Counted from the first letter of the stretch, positions 29,313 through 39,939 are shown. The stretch: DNA of 64,000 nt from Candidatus Spechtbacterales bacterium (GCA_040879145.1 JBBDKX010000021.1:29256-93255), one strand, 5' to 3'. Notes: generated by a model not told the origin, from the sequence alone. A program made the numbers and translations.

Positions 29313-29388
29313 CAAAGCGCGGCACAAAAAAGAATGACCCATACATGTGAGTCATTATTTTTTGTAAGTAATCTAAAATATATTATGC

Positions 29389-29670
29389 TTATAGCACTTT
29401 ATCTTTCTTCTTTTTACTGGAATACTGGTGCAAAAGAGAACTTATAAGCGTTTGGTAAGGCATGCCTTTTTCCACAGCTATTGCCTTTAACTTTTGAAGG
29501 TCGCGCTCAGAAAGGCGAATATTGATGCTCTTGGACTTGCCGAGAGTATTCTTGGCATACTTACCATAGCGCTCCTTTTCTTTTTCAATACCGCGCACAC
29601 GCTTTAATTCCTCTTTGTCAAAATCTTCCAGTATCTTTTTTTCTTCTTTATTTAATTTAATGTTGTCCAT
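29389..29670 (-). CDS. Antitoxin, CopG/BrnA-like RHH
   Basis: KSINIRLSERDL..LK..A...GMPYQTLI. Confidence 0.85.
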   Translation of the reverse strand: MDNIKLNKEEKKILEDFDKEELKRVRGIEKEKERYGKYAKNTLGKSKSINIRLSERDLQKLKAIAVEKGMPYQTLISSLLHQYSSKKKKDKVL

Positions 29671-29675
29671 ATGTT

Positions 29676-29951
29676 TTAATTTAAGTTTATGTAATTTTGG
29701 GTTGCCTTGCGGCTGGGAATAATGGTCTTTAAAAATATTTTTTCTTCATCTTCAACAAACGGAACCAGATACGCGTAATCCTCTACACCTACAACAAATA
29801 TTCGCTGCTGAGGATATTTTTCTTTATTATGATGTTCCAAAATATCCAAAAGGCCACCTTCGTTAATAGCCACCAACACCTCCTCAAAACTTATTCTTCT
29901 TTCCTTAATAAGTTGTTCGTTTTTCTCCGGGTCCCAGTCAAAATATTTCAT
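29676..29951 (-). CDS. BrnT-like toxin
   Basis: FDWDPEKNEQLIKERRISFEE...LKTIIPSRKAT. Confidence 0.85.
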   Translation of the reverse strand: MKYFDWDPEKNEQLIKERRISFEEVLVAINEGGLLDILEHHNKEKYPQQRIFVVGVEDYAYLVPFVEDEEKIFLKTIIPSRKATQNYINLN

Positions 29952-30042
29952 ATTGCTTTATATACATTGTATATACATTATTTATGAGTGTCAAGTGAAA
30001 AATCGGTTTCTGGATTAACTTGTACTTCCTTGTGCGCTACAA

Positions 30043-30163
30043 GTGATTTTGATATTTGGATGAAGCGCAAGGAAGCGCCGAGCAACGGAACGGAGCTTAG
30101 TTACTGCTAAGTGGAGTGAGTAGCGCAGGTACTGACACAGCGGTTCGCCAAATAGGAAATCGC
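30043..30163. repeat. ERIC-like structured miniature repeat
   Basis: GCAAGGAAGCG...GGAGCTTAG..CTAAGTG...ACACAGC core inside an imperfect stem. Confidence 0.4.
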
Positions 30164-30306
30164 TACTCCTCGCGATGCTTCGGAGTAACCCATCCCCACG
30201 GTCACTTGATTTTCCCCGACCCCCTTCTTTTAAAACCTTGCGGTTTCAACATTTTGCGCCTACTGGCGCAAAACTACTTCCACCACGGGGAAAATCGGTT
30301 TCTGGC

Positions 30307-31905
30307 TTACTCCTCTCGAAACTTCGGAGTAACCCAGAAACCCATATACTTACCGAACATTAACCTCGTTTGGGCCTCTATGGCGGGGAAAGCGCCGAAT
30401 ATTATTAAGTGAAAAGGAATTAAGAGCCACTGGAGAACCATAATTACATACTTATGCTTTCCGTATTTTGGAGGACGCGGAGGTAAAAGCAAAATACTCA
30501 AATATGCGGACGAGACAAGACCAATCATAGCTATGGTTAAAAGCCAGCGAACAGTAACTAACTGATTATATGACTGTAATGTGCTGTTATACTCATCACC
30601 TCCTAAAACAAGGGGCAACCAACCCATTATAAACAATAGTAAGGCATGTGTTGCCCAGGAGTAAAATCCCTCTATTTTATTAAACGCGTGGCGGAAAAAC
30701 GACCAGAAAGGAATAATATTACCATTATCTCCTGACAACTTAGCGTTTTTGTGCGACTTATAATACCCAAACAGAAGATAAGGAATATTCTCCGCCCCGT
30801 AAGCCCACCTGCGCATTTGTTTATATATATTTTTTAAAGTCTTAAAATAGGAACCTGCAACATTGGCGTCCATTGCCACAGGATAATACAGGCTTGTAAC
30901 CCGGTAATCTCCGCCATATTTTAAAAAGCATTGAAAAAATATCCTAGAATCTTCCGAAACCACATTTGTCTGCCAGAAGCCCACATCTACAAGTGTCTTA
31001 AATGGCATAGAATGAGACGAAAAAGTTGTTTGCTTCTCAGGCCGCTCCTGGCTTAAGGTGTGCCAAAAGGTGGTAGAAAACGCGCTTATCCTGCTTAAAG
31101 CCGGGGCTTGCCATATGTTATTTATAAACATTGGGATTGGCTGATAGCTTGAGCGATAAGGGTTTTCAATTGTGAGAAAATGATAACTTAAGCAGGAAAA
31201 ATATCTAGGGTAAACAACGGTATCCACATCAAATGTAGATACAAGAATATTGTCATAAGGAATATTGTGGGTATCTAGTACCTCCTCTTTAACTCTTTTT
31301 GCGGCCCATGTTTCATTTGAACCCTTACCTGCAACTTCACCGGGCAAACCCTCCGGATGGCGTGTTACAAAAATCTTATAAAATTTATCACCATATTTTT
31401 TCTCAATTCGCGCAGCAACATCTAAAGCATGCTCCCCTGCCCTCTCTTCTGTTGCTAAAACAACTATCATCTTCTCCTTTGGCCAATCTGTATCAAGCAA
31501 AGACTCAAACGAGCCATCCACTATTTCAAATGACTCTGTGTACATAGGCAAAATAACAAGATGCCAGATGTCACTCCAGTCACCAACTTTTGCTTTATAG
31601 CTTTCCCTGGGTAAATGTTTTAATTTTTCTATCCAGTTTATCTTTTCGTGACGAAGCATTATCTTATAAGCGCTTCTTGTGTGAATAGCCAAATAAACAG
31701 ATTTTAAAAGCCAAAAGAAAGCAAACGCGATAATAAGCATGCTCATCCACAAGGGCTTCCGCCATGAAAGAAACACAACAAAAATAAAAGTAAACCAAAC
31801 CAAAAAGCCGGGTATCATCTCAAATGCCCTATATAATCTTCTCTCTTTTTTATCTTTTATGTCGGCGGCACGACCAACAAACAAATGTTTATACGAGTCT
31901 TCCAT
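30307..31905 (-). CDS. Membrane glycosyltransferase family 2
   Basis: ILPMYTE, GKGSN, FDVD, SED, QMRRW (D,D,D,QxxRW); N- and C-terminal TMs. Confidence 0.9.
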   Translation of the reverse strand: MEDSYKHLFVGRAADIKDKKERRLYRAFEMIPGFLVWFTFIFVVFLSWRKPLWMSMLIIAFAFFWLLKSVYLAIHTRSAYKIMLRHEKINWIEKLKHLPRESYKAKVGDWSDIWHLVILPMYTESFEIVDGSFESLLDTDWPKEKMIVVLATEERAGEHALDVAARIEKKYGDKFYKIFVTRHPEGLPGEVAGKGSNETWAAKRVKEEVLDTHNIPYDNILVSTFDVDTVVYPRYFSCLSYHFLTIENPYRSSYQPIPMFINNIWQAPALSRISAFSTTFWHTLSQERPEKQTTFSSHSMPFKTLVDVGFWQTNVVSEDSRIFFQCFLKYGGDYRVTSLYYPVAMDANVAGSYFKTLKNIYKQMRRWAYGAENIPYLLFGYYKSHKNAKLSGDNGNIIPFWSFFRHAFNKIEGFYSWATHALLLFIMGWLPLVLGGDEYNSTLQSYNQLVTVRWLLTIAMIGLVSSAYLSILLLPPRPPKYGKHKYVIMVLQWLLIPFHLIIFGAFPAIEAQTRLMFGKYMGFWVTPKFREE

Positions 31906-31970
31906 TACAGTGTATTAGTGTACACAATTAAACGCTGTTTTGCAATAAAAAAACCCCGTAAATACGGGGT

Positions 31971-32444
31971 TCAATTTCTTGCCAAAATTTTAAAACACCA
32001 TGAAATAGCCTTTTCCTCTGCCTGTATTTCACATGTCCTTTCTTCATAATCTTTGGAGTAATCAATCTTAATTCCCTCGAAACCTTGAAGTGTGTGTGTA
32101 AGTTCATGAAACAGCGTCTCAAGAAAATCGCGCTCATCTTTTATGCTTTTAACAAACACAACAATGTCTCCCCAGGCAAAAGCGTTGCCTTCATCTTCTC
32201 TAAAGGTATGCGAGGCACGCCCCCACACCTTAGATTTTCTAAAAAGTATGGCAACTCTTCGCTCCTTACACAAAGGAAAGCCCTCTTCTTCAAAAAATTT
32301 CTCAATGTATTCAATGAGGCGCTCTTTTGATACGAATTTTTTGGCAAAACCAAAATGTCCCAAAAGAATGTAAGGATGTTCTGATAACTCAAAAAGGTCG
32401 GGGTCGTCATGACCTGTCATTACATAATCCGGGGCATCTTTCAA
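31971..32444 (-). CDS. Putative zincin metallopeptidase-domain protein
   Basis: TLFHELTHTLQ...CEIQA; TTG start with AAAGGAGG. Confidence 0.65.
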   Translation of the reverse strand: MKDAPDYVMTGHDDPDLFELSEHPYILLGHFGFAKKFVSKERLIEYIEKFFEEEGFPLCKERRVAILFRKSKVWGRASHTFREDEGNAFAWGDIVVFVKSIKDERDFLETLFHELTHTLQGFEGIKIDYSKDYEERTCEIQAEEKAISWCFKILARN

Positions 32445-32582
32445 GTTAAACCTCCTTTATTGTATAAAGTAACTGCTTTGTCTATATCACAGAAAAAATT
32501 TTATGTCCAATATTAACGCTTTTAAACTACCTGCAAACCAAAATAAAAACCCCCTGCTACCAGGGGGTTAAAAATTAAAGTG

Positions 32583-34181
32583 CTAATCATCAGAATCTTC
32601 AACAGTTTTCTCTTTTTCTGTGTGATTTTTTCCATCATAAGAATGTACTATCACGCGCATATTTCTCATTACAACAACTTCAGATTTTCCATGCTTTGGC
32701 TTTACTTCCACCTCTTTTTCATCTAATATCTCTACAGTTTCCAGATGCACGGGCTTGCTCCACATTCTGTAAATGTGCTCAAGAGTTCCCGATTCAAACC
32801 TCGGATCAAGCTCAAATCCTGTGAAATGATGCTTCAGGTAAAGCTCGCCTCTGCGTTTGTAATTTCCATCTTCAACAGTAACCAGAGGGCTGTTGTAAAG
32901 GCCGTGGAAGTTCTTCAACTGTTGTCTTATAACTTCCGGGCGGTCTTCAACAATGACATCCACATATTCGCCATTCCAGTAAACCTGTTCCCAAATATAC
33001 AGCTCCTGTTCTCTTATGAACTCGTCTGTAAAAAATTCCTCTATTGCCATCCTGTCGCTATAAGCAGTTCTTATTTCAAAAAGCTTTTCTCTGCCTTTCA
33101 TAGCTCCCATATCCCAGGTTAAATGCTTACGCGGGTCATTAGAGTCTTCATACTCTATACCGAACTGTCCTTTATTCCATCTATCTTCAACATACCCGTA
33201 CATGGCAACACCAATCCTGTACCAGTTCATAGATTTTTTGTTTTCCGCTAAGACTGCAGAGTTATACTGGTTGAAAACTCCATGCTCTCTTTCAGTTAAA
33301 AGACCTTCTTCAAAAAGTTGTCTGATTATCTTCGTGTGCCAGTAAGTGGCCCAACCTTCGTTAAGAAGTTTTGTTCTCCTTTGTGGAGCAAGATATCTTG
33401 CCTGGTGTCTTACAACCTGCAATACGTCGCGCTCCCAGTCGCGCAAGGGCTTTGGAGAGTGGTCTGTAATGTATTTGAGAACATCGTGCGTTGGCACGGG
33501 GGGTGTTCGGTATTTCAATCTCTTAAGACGGGAGTTTATACTGATTAATTCTTTATCAGTATAATTTTTCAAGTTAAACTCGGAGCTTAATCCGCCTTTT
33601 GCTCTTTCCAGTTTTGCGCGTTCTCTTTCCATAAGATCTTCTCTTACCGCTTCTTCATCAAGATCTTCCGCGAACGGATCAGGATCCTGAATCCACTGAA
33701 TCGTCATAGCGGCATCTATCATCTGCTCTACGGCATCTACACCGTATATTTTTTCATATTCCTGAAAACGCTTTGCGGCATTGCGCGCTTCACGCGCCAT
33801 GTCCGCGATTTCACGACCGCGATTTAGATACCTGCTTCCCAGAAAGAAATCAACATGGCCATAAACATGACACAAGATAACAACATTCAACGCAAACGGG
33901 TTGGTGTCTACAAGAAAGGCGCGCGGAGTATCAAAATTCCACACAACCTCGTAAGGTATTCCCGCACCCGTATGGTCATAAATTGTCCTCTGTCTCTCAA
34001 AGTCGCGTCCGCGACTCCAGTGTGAAAAGTTGGTTGGAAACCCGTAAGCCATGGCTTCTATCATTCTTTTTGGAGGTACAAGTTCAAAAATAATCTCAGT
34101 TGTTATAAGCCCGTTTTCTTGTGCTATCTCATGAACTCTTTTTTCTATGGTTTTTAAGCGTTCTATCTCCTCTCTATTCAC
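32583..34181 (-). CDS. spoVR: SpoVR family protein
   Basis: HWSRG, YEVV.N, HVYGHVDFF, TKLLNEGWATYWH; GTG start overlapping upstream stop. Confidence 0.92.
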   Translation of the reverse strand: MNREEIERLKTIEKRVHEIAQENGLITTEIIFELVPPKRMIEAMAYGFPTNFSHWSRGRDFERQRTIYDHTGAGIPYEVVWNFDTPRAFLVDTNPFALNVVILCHVYGHVDFFLGSRYLNRGREIADMAREARNAAKRFQEYEKIYGVDAVEQMIDAAMTIQWIQDPDPFAEDLDEEAVREDLMERERAKLERAKGGLSSEFNLKNYTDKELISINSRLKRLKYRTPPVPTHDVLKYITDHSPKPLRDWERDVLQVVRHQARYLAPQRRTKLLNEGWATYWHTKIIRQLFEEGLLTEREHGVFNQYNSAVLAENKKSMNWYRIGVAMYGYVEDRWNKGQFGIEYEDSNDPRKHLTWDMGAMKGREKLFEIRTAYSDRMAIEEFFTDEFIREQELYIWEQVYWNGEYVDVIVEDRPEVIRQQLKNFHGLYNSPLVTVEDGNYKRRGELYLKHHFTGFELDPRFESGTLEHIYRMWSKPVHLETVEILDEKEVEVKPKHGKSEVVVMRNMRVIVHSYDGKNHTEKEKTVEDSDD

Positions 34182-35557
34182 TTTGACCACCTCTCTCTGT
34201 AAAGAAATTCGCGAATAACTGCCCATAACTGTTCTTTTTCTTCTATCTTGCACCCTATGAAAGGATATTCTCCCGAACCAACAATCATGTCTTCACCATC
34301 TCCGCCATCAGAACCCACATGGTTAAGAGGCATATTTAGATAAAACTCATTAAAGAGATTGCTCATGCTTTTGAAATATTCATCCACATGAATTTCCGCG
34401 TAACCAAACATGTTTATCTTCAACTTCTCTATCATCATCTTGGCGCCCTCAACAGCTTTTTCAGGGTTGAAGTCCCACCCGTCGGAAAATTGAAAAACAT
34501 AAACATTCCATTGTTTGGTTGGATACTGCGTCTCTATCAGGTCAATGGCCTTTTTATGCGCCTCATAAGCCACAGTACCACCGCTCTCCATGGTGTGAAA
34601 AGCGGTGTGTTCATCTACAATCCTCGCGGTTGAGTGGTAAATTATAAAGCGTATTTCCACATTGTCGTAAATCTTGCGCAAAAACTCCGTGAGCCAAAAC
34701 GCGATAGAACGAGCGAGATACTTCTTTACAGTGGTCATAGACCCCGAAACATCCAGCTCTATAATTATTACAGCATTGGATTCGTGAGTAGTCTGCTCCT
34801 CAAGATTGTGAAATCTTAGGTCTTCTTCTTCAAATATGGGGAAGGGATTGATGTCGTCTTCATCCCAATCATCATCTTCTCCGGCTAAAAATTCCGCATC
34901 CGACAAGAGCTCTCTTGCCTCATTAAGGTTTCCGTTAGAATCCTCAAGGGCTTTAGCGCAAAGGAATTTATTCTTTCCTGTTTCATCTTCCAGTATGTCC
35001 AAAAGCATATAAAAACGCTTGATACCTTCTCTGGCCGTCCTTTTTTTGAAAAGAAGGGCCGGAGGACCGCTCTTTCGCAATCCTGATATCTTAAATCCCA
35101 TATCAATTTCCAGCTGTTCTACATCCTTCTTTTCAATGTTAGGCAGCCCGAGATCTTCAAGCATCATCTCTATAACTTCTTCGATATCAATCTCTGTTTC
35201 AATGAAATCTTCTCCGGGCTCTTCTCCGGCTTCTCCGGGCTCTCCCCCTCCACCGGGAGCGGGTTTGCGACCTATAACATCGCCTTGCTTGCCTTTGCCT
35301 TGGCCTATGCCACCTCCACCGGGATTGGCTCCCGAACCACCACCCTCTTCTTTCTTCCTTTTTCCCGGACGCAAGTCCGGAATAACAACACCTCTAATAG
35401 GTACTTTAACTTTTCTGCCCTTTTTATCGGTAATTATGTTTTCTTCAGAAATTATGTCGGGAAGTTTTTTGCGAATTATCTCTCTCTGCTTGTCTCTATG
35501 GCGCTTAGCGTCTTTTCTGCCGCGCTCACCCTTTGGACTTGAATGCACTATTGGCAT
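34178..35557 (-). CDS. DUF444/YeaH (YhbH) VWA protein
   Basis: RH...., Gly-rich linker, DVSGSM, ESGGT, QFSDG. Confidence 0.92.
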   Translation of the reverse strand: MPIVHSSPKGERGRKDAKRHRDKQREIIRKKLPDIISEENIITDKKGRKVKVPIRGVVIPDLRPGKRKKEEGGGSGANPGGGGIGQGKGKQGDVIGRKPAPGGGGEPGEAGEEPGEDFIETEIDIEEVIEMMLEDLGLPNIEKKDVEQLEIDMGFKISGLRKSGPPALLFKKRTAREGIKRFYMLLDILEDETGKNKFLCAKALEDSNGNLNEARELLSDAEFLAGEDDDWDEDDINPFPIFEEEDLRFHNLEEQTTHESNAVIIIELDVSGSMTTVKKYLARSIAFWLTEFLRKIYDNVEIRFIIYHSTARIVDEHTAFHTMESGGTVAYEAHKKAIDLIETQYPTKQWNVYVFQFSDGWDFNPEKAVEGAKMMIEKLKINMFGYAEIHVDEYFKSMSNLFNEFYLNMPLNHVGSDGGDGEDMIVGSGEYPFIGCKIEEKEQLWAVIREFLYRERWSK

Positions 35558-35653
35558 TGCACTCCTCCTTTCTTATTGAGTGTCGTGTTAAAAAATAGGC
35601 GGGGTTCCCGACGCTCCCAGAAGGAACGCCGGGAAATCCCCGCCATAAGTACA

Positions 35654-37747
35654 TTACTCATTAAGTATCTCAGAAGCGGTTCGCACCGCCTCTTTCGCGC
35701 CTGTTCTGCAAAATCCGCGCTCTTTAAGGCCATCATACAGATCTTTTGCTCTCTGCTTGATATCAGCGTCCTCTGGACGATCAGATGCCAAGACAAGTGT
35801 AAGAGATGTGCGGGAACGCTCCAAGAGCATTCTTTCCACAGCCCTTCTCAGGGGCTGATAATTGTCGTATCCAAAACCAGGCTGACTGATTCTCTCAAGG
35901 ATTTCTCCCCTGAAAACATCAGCTTGATTCTTGGGTATAGGAATCTGGTCTTCAACCGCGCGCATGAATTTTTCATCAGGCTCGCTCGGCTTACCCGTTA
36001 TAGGGTCACGCCTTATGTTGCTTTTATCTCCGCGTACAAATTTCCTCTTGCGCTCTCTATCGTAAGTTATCTCTTCAACATATTTATCAAAGATCTCTTC
36101 TGCCTGGTCACGATATGCTCCCAGGTAAGCGCGCTGTACCTCGTTAAGGATAAACTCCTTATAGAGCTCAATAACGCTTCCGCCTTCTTCTGAACTTAAA
36201 AGGTCCTGGAAAAACTTAATCTGCTCAGGCTCATAACCCATTCTATGGTTGAACACCTCACGCAGAGAACGAATCGCCTTAAGGGGTGTAAGACACCCAT
36301 TTTCAGCACCTTCCTCTTTTACAAGTCCGTTGTTTAAAGCGGCAAGAATATCTCGACTGGAAACGCCGAACATTCCTTCCCGTTCAGCTATGTCATCGTT
36401 TTTTTGACCCTCTTCAATAAGAGATTCTATGTCAACTGCCTGATTTTCATCATCAACGGCGTCTGTAAAAATCTTTTCGCCGTTATACAGCTGAAGCTTA
36501 GTTATAGGATCAACATTCATGTTGCTCTTAACAAGACGTGACAACACCGCGAACGATGCGGCAAGCTTGAAAGTTCCGGGGCAAATATGGCAACTCTGAA
36601 GCTGATCCAGGTCGCTTTCGCCCTGAATTAGCTTTTCATAAACCCTGATTTCATCCTGCACTCTGAGCGGATAAGGAAAGGGTACAACATAGATTCTGTC
36701 GTGAAGGGCTTCATGAGCCTGATTACTTGAGAACCACTTGTATCCTGTAAGGTTGCAGTGGCCTACTACCACAGTATCCACGGATACATGGCTAAAGTTA
36801 GAACCCTGAACCTTAATTTCCTGCTCTTCAGCAACATTGATGAATACCCAGAGAATGCGCTCGTCAATACCTTTTTTGATAAACTCGCGACCTTCAACTA
36901 TTCCACGGTTTCCTTTTTCTATCTCACCGTTTAAGTGGAAGGAATTTCTGTCTCGATAACCCTTTTTACTGCTTGTAACGCGGAAGTTCTCACGACCGAC
37001 AAGGTCGCTTACATCCTGGCTTTTTTCATCACTTGGCTCAAAAGAGCCGATACCCTGACTTTCCTGCATAGAAAACGAAAAGGTTTCAACTTTAATCTCC
37101 CACCATCTCAAAACTCCGTCTTCATCTGCAAAATCTTCCTTCATCGCGATGCGGCAATGAGGGCAAAGATCTCCCTTGATATCAGAGATACCAAGCTCAT
37201 CTTCAATAGGCTTATCGAGACCCACTTTTAACGCCTTCTCTTTGTCAAAATGACTTCGGCGCATATACCTGGGGAGCGCATGGAGCGGCTCCTCGTTCAT
37301 AGGGCAGTTCATAATCCTGTAAACAGGCCTAATGTTGTAACCCTCAAGTGCTCTTTTGATAATATTAGCAAAAGAGCTCTTGCCGGATGCTGTAGGACCC
37401 ACCAAGAGCAAAATCTGTTTACCTGTAGAAAGGCGATTTGCTCCCGCCTTAAGATATTCAAGCACCTGTTCGGTGGGCTTTTCTACTCCATAAAGAGTAT
37501 CACTAATAAGTTTGCGCCTAACAGTAGAACCAAGCCACTGCTCATCATAAGGAATTTCCTCAAAACCCGCCTCTTCAAACAACTCCAGAAGCCGGGCCGG
37601 AGACACCTGTGAAACCTTCGGATCCTCCCTGACCACATCAAGATACTCACGCAGAGTCATCTCTACGTGGTCTTTCTTTTTGTTGCGCTTAATCTCCGCA
37701 TCTTTTTGTATAATGGCATCAATATCAAAACTTCTTTCATTTGACAT
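35654..37747 (-). CDS. prkA: PrkA/YeaG family AAA serine protein kinase
   Basis: LVGPTASGKS, CPMNEEPL, GDLCPHC, EALHDR; start MSNERS with SD. Confidence 0.9.
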   Translation of the reverse strand: MSNERSFDIDAIIQKDAEIKRNKKKDHVEMTLREYLDVVREDPKVSQVSPARLLELFEEAGFEEIPYDEQWLGSTVRRKLISDTLYGVEKPTEQVLEYLKAGANRLSTGKQILLLVGPTASGKSSFANIIKRALEGYNIRPVYRIMNCPMNEEPLHALPRYMRRSHFDKEKALKVGLDKPIEDELGISDIKGDLCPHCRIAMKEDFADEDGVLRWWEIKVETFSFSMQESQGIGSFEPSDEKSQDVSDLVGRENFRVTSSKKGYRDRNSFHLNGEIEKGNRGIVEGREFIKKGIDERILWVFINVAEEQEIKVQGSNFSHVSVDTVVVGHCNLTGYKWFSSNQAHEALHDRIYVVPFPYPLRVQDEIRVYEKLIQGESDLDQLQSCHICPGTFKLAASFAVLSRLVKSNMNVDPITKLQLYNGEKIFTDAVDDENQAVDIESLIEEGQKNDDIAEREGMFGVSSRDILAALNNGLVKEEGAENGCLTPLKAIRSLREVFNHRMGYEPEQIKFFQDLLSSEEGGSVIELYKEFILNEVQRAYLGAYRDQAEEIFDKYVEEITYDRERKRKFVRGDKSNIRRDPITGKPSEPDEKFMRAVEDQIPIPKNQADVFRGEILERISQPGFGYDNYQPLRRAVERMLLERSRTSLTLVLASDRPEDADIKQRAKDLYDGLKERGFCRTGAKEAVRTASEILNE

Positions 37748-37776
37748 AAAGTCCTCCTTCCTTTCGTTCACCTCTT

Positions 37777-37834
37777 TAGATTGTTAAGGAACTGAAACTA
37801 TCCCTATCATAGAAAAGAGAGGGTACTACGTCAA
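37777..37834 (-). promoter_or_regulatory. Sigma70 promoter followed by boxA-like element
   Basis: TTGACG-17-TATGAT then CAGTTCCTTAACA. Confidence 0.7.
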
Positions 37835-37938
37835 TCTTGATAAAATTAAATTGTGTTGTATTATAGGTTGCTTTAAATAGAAGAGGGCACATTTTTAAAA
37901 TAAAAAAAGACCCCTAAATAGGGGTCTTGGAACTGTTT

Positions 37939-39429
37939 TTATTCCTCTTCATCAGAATCATCATCATGGTCATATATATCAGAGTCGTCATCTAAATCAT
38001 CAATGTCGTCATCAGAATTATCATCCGAAGAAGGTTTGGGAATTTTTCTCTTTATTCTTTGCCTTGCTTCGTCTTCAAGTATCATCCGATACACATCTCC
38101 AATGTCGCTGAAGAACTCTTTTTCAAGAGATTTTTCATCAACCTCTTTATGTCCTCCGGAAAGGGTATGAAGTTCCATGCCATCCAGACGGGGCATCATC
38201 TTGAGTTTAACCTCTTTATCTACAACGGTAACCAATACAACATCACCTGCCATAAAATCTCCAGAATTTATTCTTTTAGCCAACGGAAGGCGCATATATT
38301 TATCAATTAACCTTGACATCATTCTGGCTCCCTCTACGGAAGAATCCGCCTCTTCAAGAATAAAATCTTTAAACTCCTGTGTTACATGGACAAATAAAAA
38401 GTCTTCGCGAAACTCCTCTCTAACCTCATTTATCTCTTTTTCTACAATATTCTCAAATCCCCGCGCGGATAATTTATGAAACACCACTAAGCCATCATGC
38501 CCTATTCTGCTGTAAAGCTCCGGCGGAAGGTTTTTTTCAACCGCTCGCTTTACTGTTTCATATATACGCTGGTCCATATCCTCCACGGAACGCTTATCTT
38601 TTTTCAAGGAGTGAAAACCTATGGGTTTTTGGTCTATAAATTTTGATATCTCGCCTGTTCCTATATTGCTTGTAAAAATTATAAGACATCCCCTAAAATC
38701 TATAACGCGCGCCCTGTTGCTTCTTAACTGCAGGAAGCCATCATTGAGAATAGTCAAAAACTGCTTTTGCACCTCTTCGTGCATCTTTTCAAACTCATCA
38801 ACACGCAAAACGGAACGATAAGGCATGGAGGTTTTTGATTCCTCTATATCAAGTAGCTTACGCTCAATAAACATCTCTTTAAGATCTTCCAGGGATTCCC
38901 TGTATTCATTGGGTGAGTTTCCGGTATACTCTGACATTTCGCTATTTACCCACTTCTCGCCTATCTCATCCAGAAGATAGTCGTTGCGGTACATATCAAA
39001 TGTACCCAACTTTTCCAAGGGAGACTTGGTTGCCGCCGAACCGGAACCGCCATGTCCTATATATCCTGCAGGTGCGCCAAGCAACGCGGATATGGTATGG
39101 CTCTCTCTAAAGTTTTCACCGGCGATGCTTACAAGAGGACCATCCTCAGCACCTCTTGGTTTTCCAAGCCACGCATAGGCGGCAACTTCTGCAAGATAAC
39201 TCTTTCCGCTACCGGGAGGTCCCGCGAAAAACAACGGCGATGGGCGCTTTTGTTTTCCTGAGTCTATAAGCGCTATGCGCTGTAAAACTTTTCTTATGGC
39301 TCTGTCCTGTTCAAAAACTTCACCGGATATCTTTTCTCGCAGTTTTTCAATATAGGGAGGGTCTCTGTCAGAAAGCTCCACAGTAAAATCCTCAAATCTG
39401 GGATTTGGCAAAACAAGGTCGGAGGACAT
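37939..39429 (-). CDS. Single-module ClpB-D2-like AAA+ ATPase with acidic tail
   Basis: AGPPGSGKS, LLGAPAGYIG, VDEFEKMH, IFTSNIG, PELYSRI, GAR. Confidence 0.85.
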   Translation of the reverse strand: MSSDLVLPNPRFEDFTVELSDRDPPYIEKLREKISGEVFEQDRAIRKVLQRIALIDSGKQKRPSPLFFAGPPGSGKSYLAEVAAYAWLGKPRGAEDGPLVSIAGENFRESHTISALLGAPAGYIGHGGSGSAATKSPLEKLGTFDMYRNDYLLDEIGEKWVNSEMSEYTGNSPNEYRESLEDLKEMFIERKLLDIEESKTSMPYRSVLRVDEFEKMHEEVQKQFLTILNDGFLQLRSNRARVIDFRGCLIIFTSNIGTGEISKFIDQKPIGFHSLKKDKRSVEDMDQRIYETVKRAVEKNLPPELYSRIGHDGLVVFHKLSARGFENIVEKEINEVREEFREDFLFVHVTQEFKDFILEEADSSVEGARMMSRLIDKYMRLPLAKRINSGDFMAGDVVLVTVVDKEVKLKMMPRLDGMELHTLSGGHKEVDEKSLEKEFFSDIGDVYRMILEDEARQRIKRKIPKPSSDDNSDDDIDDLDDDSDIYDHDDDSDEEE

Positions 39430-39559
39430 AATTATCTCCTTTCTTTTTTAAGGTTCTATTTTCTGAACTTATCATACTTTCTATAAACCCCATACGTCAA
39501 CTTGATTTTTTATAAAAACTTGGTAAAATAAATACACGTTACTGGTCCCATCGTCTTAG

Positions 39560-39939
39560 AGCCCGTTCTTTGCAATCTAAAATCAATTTGACGGAGCGAA
39601 TTTTCAAATGAATGCTAGGCGTGAGGAGCGAAGCGATGCCAGGAGCATCGTGAGCAACGAACAACAACGCAGGCATTGAAAATTCGCCCGCCGACTCATT
39701 TAATTTACATTGCGGTCCCATCGTCTAGTCTGGCCTAGGACGCCAGGTTTTCATCCTGGTAACACGGGTTCGAATCCCGTTGGGACCGCAATGTACGTTA
39801 GTAAAAGGAAACAAAATAGTACGCCATCTGCTTCGTTACGCTTTCCTAGAAGTAATATAAATTACTCCTTCGTCACCGCGCCTACCATATGGCGCACTCT
39901 TTTGTTTTCAAATTGATTTTAGATTGCAAAGAACGGGCT
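39560..39939. mobile_element. MITE/intron-like insertion with perfect 32-bp terminal inverted repeats
   Basis: AGCCCGTTCTTTGCAATCTAAAATCAATTTGA (39560-39591) and its reverse complement (39908-39939). Confidence 0.75.
39714..39788 (+). tRNA. tRNA-Glu(UUC), nested intact copy, no encoded CCA
   Basis: GGTCCCA/TGGGACC, CCAGG-TTTTCAT-CCTGG, GTTCGAATC. Confidence 0.93.

Noticed and set aside
39560-39939. Group I/II intron or bulge-helix-bulge intron in tRNA-Glu
   Set aside because: I could not recognise a catalytic core or a canonical 3-4-3 BHB, and simple removal of the insert does not restore the canonical D-loop.
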